Shown here: piece by piece, positions 19,101-27,464 of the stretch
How the letters are laid out: the number at the start of each line of letters is the position of its first letter
Position numbering within the stretch: position 1 is the first letter of the stretch
Virus record (IMG/VR): IMGVR_UViG_2541047870_000005
Source: a virus
Taxonomy: Duplodnaviria > Heunggongvirae > Uroviricota > Caudoviricetes
Length of the DNA stretch: 55,336 nucleotides
Reading direction: 5' to 3' (one strand)
The notes under the pieces: generated by a model
Told to the model about the DNA's origin: nothing
The model's database searches: none
What the model saw: the letters and a program-made list of their open reading frames with translations, nothing else
Translations under genes and position numbers: made by a program

Positions 19101-19751
19101 TCAGCGGCTGTCATTGCGCAGTCTGCGCTCCAGCTGCTGTTTGTCTTTTTTCACGCCACAGCGGGGATCGAGCTGTAACGCATGGTTGAGATGATTAAGG
19201 GCGGAAGCCGGATTGCTTTCACTCAGGACAGCTCCAATCGCTTTATGCAGACGCGCCCGTGACTGGTCCGGCATATCCAGACCGTCTGTCAGCTCCAGCG
19301 TCTGCAACAACAGATCGGCATCAAAGCCGGTGGCGGCAAGCATTGCGCTCTGCGCGGCGTCTGCCATTTCCTCTGCCAGCACGGTCTGCACGTTGCGGTT
19401 ACCCAGCGGCATCACCCAGCCATGACGCAGAGCATGACGCCCAATCTCCAGCGCCCCGGCATAATCTCCGGCATCAATGCGCCACAGCATCACGTACATC
19501 AGCACGTCATCCTGTTGAGCGCCTCCGGCAGCCAGGACACCCTCCGCCCAGGCGGCGTACTTCGGCAGCAGCTCCACTTTGATTTCCGCTTTTTTGACCG
19601 TGGACTGAACGCCCTTGAGACGGCGGCGGTCTTCCGCCAGTTGCAGCAGCATCAGGTCATAGCCCGACGCGTGGCGAACACTGCCACCCTCACGAGCGGC
19701 CTGTTCAGCCTGAACGCGCAGGCGATGCTGCCGTGCGGGACTCAGGCTCAT
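19101..19751 (-). CDS. M: Terminase endonuclease (small) subunit gpM-like
   Basis: 216-aa ORF between N and L. Confidence 0.7.
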   Translation of the reverse strand: MSLSPARQHRLRVQAEQAAREGGSVRHASGYDLMLLQLAEDRRRLKGVQSTVKKAEIKVELLPKYAAWAEGVLAAGGAQQDDVLMYVMLWRIDAGDYAGALEIGRHALRHGWVMPLGNRNVQTVLAEEMADAAQSAMLAATGFDADLLLQTLELTDGLDMPDQSRARLHKAIGAVLSESNPASALNHLNHALQLDPRCGVKKDKQQLERRLRNDSR

Positions 19752-19754
19752 GGG

Positions 19755-20813
19755 TTACGCTCCGGCTTCTGCTGCAGCGGCGCTAAAATCGCCAATCTGG
19801 ATGTTTTCCACCAGTGCTGCGCAGCGGTAGTCCTCAACCACATAGGCTTCGTTAACGGATTCAAAGTTTTCAATCCGGTCACGTTTCGGGTTGTCGATAA
19901 CTGAACGGCGGCGGGTGTCTTCCTGCCAGTAGATGGACAGGTTATCCAGACGGGTGATCAGCAGCGCATTCGGCGGGAAGAATGGCGCACGCACGGCCTG
20001 CAGGCCACCCATGCGTTTCTGGCTGATGATCATATCGGCAGCCAGTTTTTCACTGTTTTCCTGCTCTTTGTTGACCAGCGGGAAATACTTGTCAGACAGC
20101 AGTTCACGACCGCAAATCACCACCAGATCGTCATCGTCCTGGTAGACCACGTCGATAAGCTCATTGACCGCATCCATCACTACAGCGTCCAGGTTGGCAT
20201 ATTCGCCACCTTTGCCGACTTTCACTGCGCCCGGTGTGGTTTCACCGCCCGTGGTGGTGCTGCCCATGACGTGATCCGGTGCATCCTCACGGATTTTCTG
20301 CAGCCAGCCTTTGTTCACATCCTGCAGCAGCGGGTTTTCGCTACGGTTGGAGGTTTTCGCACGCTTCACGCCGTTAAAGCCGATCATGATGCGGTCCAGT
20401 GCCTGACGTTTCACGATGGCGTCACGGATACGCACCTGGAAATCCTGAAACTTCGCCCACAGGTCCAGCTTCGCGTAGGTCAGCACCGTGTCAAAGTTGG
20501 TCTGCTCGCATTTATATTCCACATCGACCATCAGCGTCGGATCGACAGGCTCACGCTCTTTTGCGGTGGTATCAGTGGTTCCGGCAATGGTGCTGCCAAC
20601 ACCCAGCCCCAGCAACTGACCGGACTGCTCAGTCACTGGCGTGACATTAATCAGCGTCAGGAATGCGGCGGATTGCTGGATCTGGTCTTCCAGCGTCTGC
20701 TGCACAGACGGCTCTACAGTGAACTTGCTGGACAGTTCTTCAACTGCCACACCGTTCAGACGCGCCAGCTGCTGCAGGTAAGCGTTAAAAGCAAAGCGGG
20801 TATTCTTCTTCAT
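19755..20813 (-). CDS. N: Major capsid protein gpN-like
   Basis: 352-aa ORF, size and position of P2 N. Confidence 0.85.
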   Translation of the reverse strand: MKKNTRFAFNAYLQQLARLNGVAVEELSSKFTVEPSVQQTLEDQIQQSAAFLTLINVTPVTEQSGQLLGLGVGSTIAGTTDTTAKEREPVDPTLMVDVEYKCEQTNFDTVLTYAKLDLWAKFQDFQVRIRDAIVKRQALDRIMIGFNGVKRAKTSNRSENPLLQDVNKGWLQKIREDAPDHVMGSTTTGGETTPGAVKVGKGGEYANLDAVVMDAVNELIDVVYQDDDDLVVICGRELLSDKYFPLVNKEQENSEKLAADMIISQKRMGGLQAVRAPFFPPNALLITRLDNLSIYWQEDTRRRSVIDNPKRDRIENFESVNEAYVVEDYRCAALVENIQIGDFSAAAAEAGA

Positions 20814-20829
20814 CAGGTTTTGTGCTCCA

Positions 20830-21663
20830 TCAGCAATTGGTCAGAGTGTCAGCGGTGGCGTTACCGCCTGTTGCACGCTGGCGGTAGTCCTGGCGGCTGT
20901 CTTCATGACTCAGCTTATTCACCAGTTCGTTAAAGGCGGTCTGCTGTGCCTGCAGGGCAGTCTCCAGCTCAGACAGACGTTCTTCCTGCTCAGACAGGGA
21001 TTTTTCGGTGCGTGCGCTCAGGTTTTGCTGCTCAGTGGCGACCAGCTCCACGGCCTTATGCACATCAGAGAACCGGGCATCGTCGGACTGCTCTTTTTTG
21101 GTAAACAGCGCCGTGACGCGGGCAAACAGGGACAGTTTGTCATCTTGGACTTCTTCCAGTTCGATCACCGTTTCCTCTGCAGCGGTAAAAAGATTGGCGG
21201 GATTCTGCTTGCGGTTTGCCAGCGGGTTATGGGCTGCACAGGCGCTGAATGTCAGCATTTCCGTACCCAGACTGGCTGGATCATCAGTGGCAGCCAGGCC
21301 AACCAGGTAGGCTTTGCCCGTATCAGCAAACTTCGGGCTGACTTCCATAGAGGTGAATAATTTCTGGCCTTTTTTCACCAGCTCCACCAGAGATTCTGTT
21401 GGCTCAACGTCGGCATACAGCGCCATCTTGCCTGCCAGCGGACCTTCCGTGATTTCTTCAGCAAACAGCGCCGTCACCTTGCCGTAGCGGTTAAAGGTGC
21501 TGTCCGGCAGATAAGACTTGATGTGCTCAAGGTTAATCAGCGCGGTATACATTGCCGGGTTGTAGCTGGCTGCCATCTGTTCCAGCCATTCACGCTGGAT
21601 TTCGCGTCCGTCGGTGGTGGCACCTTCCACCCCGATGCGAAAACGCTTTGCTTTCACTGTCAT
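20830..21663 (-). CDS. O: Capsid scaffolding protein gpO-like
   Basis: 277-aa ORF, divergent from the P/Q operon. Confidence 0.8.
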   Translation of the reverse strand: MTVKAKRFRIGVEGATTDGREIQREWLEQMAASYNPAMYTALINLEHIKSYLPDSTFNRYGKVTALFAEEITEGPLAGKMALYADVEPTESLVELVKKGQKLFTSMEVSPKFADTGKAYLVGLAATDDPASLGTEMLTFSACAAHNPLANRKQNPANLFTAAEETVIELEEVQDDKLSLFARVTALFTKKEQSDDARFSDVHKAVELVATEQQNLSARTEKSLSEQEERLSELETALQAQQTAFNELVNKLSHEDSRQDYRQRATGGNATADTLTNC

Positions 21664-21805
21664 GAGCCGTGCTCCGTTAGAAAAAACTTACTGGAGCCTT
21701 ATGGTTGCGGTGATGGGTGCAGTGAAACAATGCGCGGTATTTGTACCGACAACCACACAAACCGCAGGCGGGGAAAGCCTTCATTCAAGGCTGTAGGTTT
21801 GTGCC

Positions 21806-23572
21806 ATGAACACCACACTGACACCCGCAGATCTCGATCCCCGTCGGCAGGCCATGCTGCTGTACTTTCAGGGATACCGCGTAGCCCGCATTGCTGAAAT
21901 GCTGGGCGAGAAAGTTGCAACCGTTCACAGCTGGAAAAAACGCGACAAGTGGGGTGACTATGGGCCGCTGGATCAGATGCAGCTCACCACCGCCGCACGC
22001 TACTGCCAGCTCATTATGAAGGAGCACAAAGAAGGGAAAGATTTCAAAGAGATTGACCTGCTGGCGCGCCAGTCTGAGCGCCACGCGCGGATCGGCAAGT
22101 TTAACAATGGCGGCAACGAAGCCGACTTAAACCCTAACGTCGCCAACCGCAATAAAGGCCCACGCCGTCAGCCGGAAAAGAATGTTTTCACCGATGAGCA
22201 GATTGAGAAGCTGGAAGAAATCTTCCATTCTTCCATGTTCAACTACCAGCGCCACTGGTGGGAAGCAGGAAAAACCAACCGCATCCGCAACCTGCTGAAG
22301 TCACGCCAGATCGGCGCGACCTTTTACTTTGCCCGTGAAGCCCTGATTGACGCCCTGCTTACCGGACGTAACCAGATTTTCCTTTCTGCCAGTAAGGCAC
22401 AGGCCCATGTCTTCAAACAGTACATCATCGACTTTGCCAAAGAAGTGGAGGTGGAGCTGAAAGGCGATCCGATGGTGCTTCCTAACGGGGCCACGCTTTA
22501 CTTCCTCGGCACCAATGCCCGCACAGCCCAGAGTTATCACGGCAACCTGTATCTGGATGAATATTTCTGGATCCCAAAATTCCAGGAGTTGCGCAAAGTG
22601 GCTTCCGGTATGGCTATTCACAAGAAATGGCGACAGACCTATTTTTCCACGCCATCCAGCCTGACCCACAGTGCTTATCCGTTCTGGTCCGGTGCGCTGT
22701 TCAACCGTGGACGCAACAAAGCCGACAAGGTGGACATCGACCTGTCCCACAGCAATCTTGCCCCCGGCCTGCTGTGCGCAGACGGGCAATACCGCCAGAT
22801 AGTCACCGTGGAAGACGCGGTGCGCGGCGGCTGTAACCTGTTCGACCTTGACCAGTTGCGCATGGAGTACAGCCCGGATGAATACCAGAACCTGCTGATG
22901 TGCGAGTTCGTGGACGATCTCGCGTCCGTGTTTCCGCTCAGCGAACTGCAGGCGTGCATGGTGGACAGCTGGGAAGTCTGGACCGACTTTCATGCACTGG
23001 CCCTGCGCCCGTTTGGCTGGCGCGAAGTATGGATCGGTTATGACCCGGCGAAAGGTACGCAGAACGGCGACAGTGCCGGATGCGTGGTGGTGGCTCCGCC
23101 AGCCGTGCCGGGCGGTAAGTTCCGCATTCTTGAGCGTCACCAATGGCGCGGGATGGACTTCCGCGCCCAGGCGGACGCCATCAAAAAACTGACCGAACAG
23201 TACAACGTGACCTATATCGGCATCGACTCGACAGGTGTAGGTCACGGGGTTTATGAGAACGTGAAAGCGTTCTTTCCTGCCGTCCGGGAGTTTGTTTACA
23301 ACCCCAACGTTAAAAACGCCCTGGTACTCAAGGCCTACGACATTATCAGCCACCGCCGTCTGGAGTTTGACGCCGGGCACACCGACATTGCGCAGTCATT
23401 CATGGCAATCCGTCGCGCCACCACCGCCAGTGGCAACCGCCCAACCTATGAAGCCAGCCGCAGCGAAGAAGCCAGCCACGCCGATCTGGCCTGGGCAACA
23501 ATGCATGCACTGTTTAATGAACCGCTGCAGGGCGAATCCGCCAATACCAGCAATATTGTGGAGATTTTTTGA
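21806..23572 (+). CDS. P: Terminase ATPase (large) subunit gpP-like
   Basis: 588-aa ORF divergent from O, followed by the portal gene with a 4-bp overlap. Confidence 0.85.
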   Translation: MNTTLTPADLDPRRQAMLLYFQGYRVARIAEMLGEKVATVHSWKKRDKWGDYGPLDQMQLTTAARYCQLIMKEHKEGKDFKEIDLLARQSERHARIGKFNNGGNEADLNPNVANRNKGPRRQPEKNVFTDEQIEKLEEIFHSSMFNYQRHWWEAGKTNRIRNLLKSRQIGATFYFAREALIDALLTGRNQIFLSASKAQAHVFKQYIIDFAKEVEVELKGDPMVLPNGATLYFLGTNARTAQSYHGNLYLDEYFWIPKFQELRKVASGMAIHKKWRQTYFSTPSSLTHSAYPFWSGALFNRGRNKADKVDIDLSHSNLAPGLLCADGQYRQIVTVEDAVRGGCNLFDLDQLRMEYSPDEYQNLLMCEFVDDLASVFPLSELQACMVDSWEVWTDFHALALRPFGWREVWIGYDPAKGTQNGDSAGCVVVAPPAVPGGKFRILERHQWRGMDFRAQADAIKKLTEQYNVTYIGIDSTGVGHGVYENVKAFFPAVREFVYNPNVKNALVLKAYDIISHRRLEFDAGHTDIAQSFMAIRRATTASGNRPTYEASRSEEASHADLAWATMHALFNEPLQGESANTSNIVEIF

Positions 23573-24600
23573 TGGGAAAGAGTAAGAAAAACCGCGCTGC
23601 GGCGACGAATCAGCTCAAGCATAAAAGCCAGACTTCAGCCGAAGCATTCAGCTTCGGTGATCCCGTTCCTGTTCTGGACCGCCGCGAACTGCTGGACTAT
23701 GTGGAATGCGTACAAACAGATCGCTGGTATGAGCCTCCCGTCAGCTTTGACGGACTGGCGCGAACCTTCCGCGCCGCCGTGCATCACAGCTCACCGATTG
23801 CAGTGAAATGCAACATTCTGACCAGCACCTACATCCCTCACCCGCTGCTCAGCCAGCAGGCTTTTTCACGTTTTGTGCAGGACTATCTGGTATTTGGTAA
23901 CGCCTACCTGGAGAAACGCACGAACCGGTTCGGTGAAGTTATCGCCCTTGAGCCTGCTCTGGCAAAATACACCCGACGCGGGTTAGACCTGGATACCTAC
24001 TGGTTTGTGCAATACGGTATGACAACCCAGCCGTATCAGTTCACGAAAGGCAGCATTTTTCATCTGATGGAACCGGACATCAACCAAGAGATCTACGGCC
24101 TGCCAGGTTATCTTTCTGCCATCCCGTCAGCCCTGCTCAACGAGTCCGCCACACTGTTCCGCCGTAAGTATTACATCAACGGCAGCCATGCAGGTTTCAT
24201 CATGTACATGACCGATGCCGCGCAAAACCAGGAGGATGTGAACAACCTCCGCAATGCGATGAAAAGCGCCAAAGGTCCAGGCAACTTCCGCAACCTGTTT
24301 ATGTACTCGCCTAACGGCAAAAAGGACGGGCTTCAGATCATCCCATTGTCAGAAGTCGCGGCGAAGGATGAATTTCTTAATATCAAGAACGTGAGTCGGG
24401 ATGACATGATGGCAGCGCACCGCGTGCCGCCTCAGATGATGGGGATTATGCCTAATAATGTTGGGGGGTTTGGGGATGTGGAGAAGGCTAGTAAGGTTTT
24501 TGTCCGCAACGAGTTGATACCGCTGCAAAAGCGAATCAAAGAAATTAATGAATGGTTGAGTGATGAAATAATCTCTTTCCTACCATATGAATTACAATAA
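23569..24600 (+). CDS. Q: Portal protein gpQ-like
   Basis: 343-aa ORF, size and position of P2 Q. Confidence 0.85.
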   Translation: MMGKSKKNRAAATNQLKHKSQTSAEAFSFGDPVPVLDRRELLDYVECVQTDRWYEPPVSFDGLARTFRAAVHHSSPIAVKCNILTSTYIPHPLLSQQAFSRFVQDYLVFGNAYLEKRTNRFGEVIALEPALAKYTRRGLDLDTYWFVQYGMTTQPYQFTKGSIFHLMEPDINQEIYGLPGYLSAIPSALLNESATLFRRKYYINGSHAGFIMYMTDAAQNQEDVNNLRNAMKSAKGPGNFRNLFMYSPNGKKDGLQIIPLSEVAAKDEFLNIKNVSRDDMMAAHRVPPQMMGIMPNNVGGFGDVEKASKVFVRNELIPLQKRIKEINEWLSDEIISFLPYELQ

Positions 24601-24627
24601 AATAGGGCAGATACTGCCCTATTTTAA
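24601..24627. terminator. Bidirectional rho-independent terminator between convergent portal gene and cargo operon
   Basis: aaaa-tagggcag-atac-ctgccctat-tttt: 8-bp stem, 4-nt loop, A-tract on one side and T-tract on the other. Confidence 0.7.
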
Positions 24628-25476
24628 CCAAATATTATAATCCAATCTTTCTACGTATCTTGAAATAACGGCTAGAGCAATTGCTTGCCCTACACTTGTT
24701 AGTTCAATTCCTTGATAGTTGCTCTTTGAAAATTTTTCTAAAAATGCAGACACATGAGGGGCAACTAACTTAAGATTTGAAATATACGCACTCTTATCTT
24801 TTATATCAGTCGGATATTTATCCATGAAATAGTCTTCAACATCTATCCCTAAAAAAGTATTCCATGAACAAGCCCCTGCATATTGAATGTGATATATCTG
24901 GGCTTGAGACAAATTAAACCCATTAGTATACATTGGTTCAAGATTTCTAAAATTGCGCTCCAACAAATCCAATCGAACACCATTAACAGGATCTTTGATC
25001 TCAACATTCTTGAGAAGAAAAACTATCGTTATAAGTGATATTTGTTGCTGTGTTAACTTTGGAACTACAGTAACTGCCTCCGTTAAAACTATATCTCTAA
25101 AATCGTCATTGTTATTGGAGACTCGTTCAACTAACAACTGAGAAAGCACATCCATATTAGCTTTCTTTCCCTTCCTGGCTGATGACTTTAATGCCTCAGT
25201 CAATGTCGCCTGAACGTCCGGATCGCAAAATTTATCAATAATCAATCTATCAACGTTTTTTGTTAAATCCGAAACGACACGCTCTTCAAAATCTTTTGCA
25301 TTCTCTTGAGCTGCAGCATAAGCAACATCTTTCAATTTTGGGAACTGATTTTCGAAGAGAATGTTGAATAGTTCTCTAACCTCGGAAAACGACATCCCTG
25401 AAACATTTACATTATTTCCAGCTTGAATTGCATACGAATTATTACCTATTTGTTGCTTTTGTTTATCACTAAACAT
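24619..25476 (-). CDS. Hypothetical 285-aa protein, AT-rich cargo between portal gene and cos-like site; second gene of a two-gene operon
   Basis: Long AT-rich ORF 9 bp downstream of the small membrane-protein gene; no recognisable motifs. Confidence 0.7.
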   Translation of the reverse strand: MFSDKQKQQIGNNSYAIQAGNNVNVSGMSFSEVRELFNILFENQFPKLKDVAYAAAQENAKDFEERVVSDLTKNVDRLIIDKFCDPDVQATLTEALKSSARKGKKANMDVLSQLLVERVSNNNDDFRDIVLTEAVTVVPKLTQQQISLITIVFLLKNVEIKDPVNGVRLDLLERNFRNLEPMYTNGFNLSQAQIYHIQYAGACSWNTFLGIDVEDYFMDKYPTDIKDKSAYISNLKLVAPHVSAFLEKFSKSNYQGIELTSVGQAIALAVISRYVERLDYNIWLK

Positions 25477-25485
25477 ATATCCTCC

Positions 25486-25731
25486 TTATTTTTTATCACC
25501 TGTATTTATACAATCAATTTTAATATCACCGCCAGCCTGGACACCAATTGAATTATCACCAACTGATTGACTCATAGAATTATATTTATTTTTTGTAGTG
25601 ATAAGTAATCCAGCTAAAGCGCTAACTGCAGCCAAAAATGCAACAATAGAATCAAAACCAGGATCCATATAAAGCCATAATCCAGCAATCAATGCCAGTA
25701 TACATGTAATGACTATTGCAAAAATTTTCAT
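25486..25731 (-). CDS. Small membrane protein (81 aa, two predicted TM helices); first gene of the cargo operon
   Basis: Hydrophobic segments IFAIVITCILALIAGLWLY and IVAFLAAVSALAGLLIT; C-terminal motif resembles the N-terminus of the downstream protein. Confidence 0.6.
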   Translation of the reverse strand: MKIFAIVITCILALIAGLWLYMDPGFDSIVAFLAAVSALAGLLITTKNKYNSMSQSVGDNSIGVQAGGDIKIDCINTGDKK

Positions 25732-25785
25732 AAGTTCTCCTTCTAATGGAAGTGGTTATACCGAAAACAATTTCCTTTTACAACC

Positions 25786-25935
25786 ACGCTCAGCGCGCGC
25801 TCGTATCCCCGCCACGCCTGCCCGCTTTGTATAGCGGTTTTCATGCACTCGCATGGCATAAGGGAAACCTTGCCAGAACTGGCGACCCTCAGCGAAAACG
25901 ATCTTCAAACGATCATGCGGATTCATGCAGCATAG
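25786..25935. other. Putative prophage cos (packaging) region
   Basis: GC-rich non-coding segment homologous to 42890-43033; minus strand reads GGCGTGGCGGGGA, matching my recollection of the P2/186-family cohesive end. Confidence 0.5.
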
Positions 25936-26138
25936 ACAGGCACTACTGAGCAATAGCGCTTGAGTTCAGTCAGATATGAGTCCTCAATGTAATACTAATA
26001 CATCTTAACCGTTCATCATTATTCACATCGGGCTATGTAATTACAGAAAAACTTTTCACAATCAATTTTATACTGGATTATTTCAGTTTATTGTATAATT
26101 CATGACGCATGCAAATTGACATTAATTCAGGAGACAAA

Positions 26139-27050
26139 ATGACATTAATTGTAGCTGGTTTCGAAAAAGATGGAACAATTGTTTTTTGCGGGGACTCACT
26201 AATAACAACAAAAGCAAATGGAAGCACTGTAAAATTGACATCGTCCTTTAGAAAAATAATACCACTAGAAATTATTGTGCGAGTACCGGAAATCGATCCA
26301 AGTGGAAAAATCATAAATTACATTGAAAGCCTTTGCCAACATCGCTGCATGATTGCATTTGCAGGAAGCACGCTAGTTTCTCAACATATTATAAATTCTA
26401 TACAAGGTCATCTGAAACAAATAAAATACACATATGATTCTGGCACATATGACTATTCAGAAGGATGCATAAAGGGTGCTGGCTATAAGTTAATAATGGG
26501 TTGTGAAGATAACAAAAGCGTTGAGGAAACCTATTGGAACGAAGATATGTTTGTTGAGCCAGTAAAGAATGCGAACGAACTTATTAATAAAAATTTTCTA
26601 CGCAACGTCTTTAGCCACTGCATACAGAAAACCATGAATGAATTTTACATTAATATTAATGAGGAATTTAATCCAGAGTGGTTTGCAAGCGATTTCATTG
26701 TAGCTCTGTCTTGCTATGAGACTAAAAAAAACCATCTTTTTACCTTTAAAATGGAATTTAATGAGTCAGGGGTCAATCTTATAGAAAAAGAAATTAATAT
26801 CAATGAACTGGCAATAATTGGCATTTCAAGATATAGCGAAGAAATAATTCAAGCATATCAAACTCAAAAAGCGACCCTCAGTACATCTGAAATTCTCAGC
26901 CAAGAGATTACTAAAGCAATCATAGACAATGAAAGCATTGATCTTAGAGAAATAGGAGATCCTGTCGTATTAAAAAAATTCAATCAACATCGTGAATTAC
27001 GTGATGAGCAAAAACACTGGAGGTGCAATACTCCTCGAGAAAACCAATAA
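26139..27050 (+). CDS. HslV/proteasome beta-subunit-like (Ntn-hydrolase fold) protein, about 303 aa, AT-rich cargo gene
   Basis: SD aggag 5 nt upstream of ATG 26139 (ORF track starts at 26109); MTLIVAGFEKDGTIVFCGDSLIT...VKL...IAFAGST...LAIIGISRYSEEIIQAY parallels HslV [21 protein letters not shown]...KK...AGFAGGT...LIAIGSGGPYAQAAARAL (recalled from memory). Confidence 0.5.
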   Translation: MTLIVAGFEKDGTIVFCGDSLITTKANGSTVKLTSSFRKIIPLEIIVRVPEIDPSGKIINYIESLCQHRCMIAFAGSTLVSQHIINSIQGHLKQIKYTYDSGTYDYSEGCIKGAGYKLIMGCEDNKSVEETYWNEDMFVEPVKNANELINKNFLRNVFSHCIQKTMNEFYININEEFNPEWFASDFIVALSCYETKKNHLFTFKMEFNESGVNLIEKEININELAIIGISRYSEEIIQAYQTQKATLSTSEILSQEITKAIIDNESIDLREIGDPVVLKKFNQHRELRDEQKHWRCNTPRENQ

Positions 27051-27077
27051 ACGCCTCGCTATACTCGTTGTTCAACC

Positions 27078-27112
27078 TTGCTGACGCGAGAATAAAATTC
27101 TCACGTCAGCAA
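27078..27112. repeat. 13-bp inverted repeat (one mismatch) with 9-nt spacer between convergent genes
   Basis: ttgctgacgcgag-aataaaatt-ctcacgtcagcaa; no flanking T-tract, so terminator or protein-binding palindrome. Confidence 0.5.
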
Positions 27113-27123
27113 CGTTCCTGCTG

Positions 27124-27312
27124 CTAACCGAGAAGATCCATTGAGCGGTTGTATTCGTGGCTTCTGATTTTTGCCATGAGTTCATCAGTCAATTCAGAAA
27201 CCCACTGCAGAGCCAGCCCCTTCTCTTCATCATTACACTCACTAGCCGCTACAAGCTTAAGAAAAAAATCAATGCGCTGGAGCTTCAAAGACTCCAAAAA
27301 ATAGTCCTGCAT
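27124..27312 (-). CDS. Small hypothetical protein (62 aa) downstream of replication gene A
   Basis: Short AT-rich ORF; no motifs. Confidence 0.35.
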   Translation of the reverse strand: MQDYFLESLKLQRIDFFLKLVAASECNDEEKGLALQWVSELTDELMAKIRSHEYNRSMDLLG

Positions 27313-27464
27313 CTTTCCTCCTATGACACCAAAGCAATACTGTATATATAACTACTATTTATATTTACAGTATATAATAATCTTACTGATGTAAAACGTT
27401 TTTTTACGTTCATCAGCCTGATATGCCTGGTATTATTAAGAGCACAAATTGTTAACCCGCGTAA

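Noticed and set aside
22301-23380. 359-aa minus-strand ORF inside the terminase large-subunit gene
   Set aside because: Fully contained antisense within a well-supported 588-aa terminase gene; GC-rich frame artefact.
25746-25953. Overlapping 65-67-aa ORFs on both strands in the GC-rich segment (and the similar 65-aa ORF 42883-43080)
   Set aside because: The similarity between the two loci is at the DNA level across a region better explained as cos sites; both strands give ORFs of similar length, typical of GC-rich non-coding DNA.
26000-26108. Possible LexA box upstream of the HslV-like gene (ctggattatttcagt)
   Set aside because: It does not fit the CTGT-N8-ACAG consensus well enough to call.
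24619-27312. Presence of P2 old or tin homologues in the cos-proximal cargo
   Set aside because: No large Walker-A ATPase-nuclease ORF (Old-like) is present, and I cannot match the 285-aa protein to Tin from memory; the cargo is treated as unassigned.
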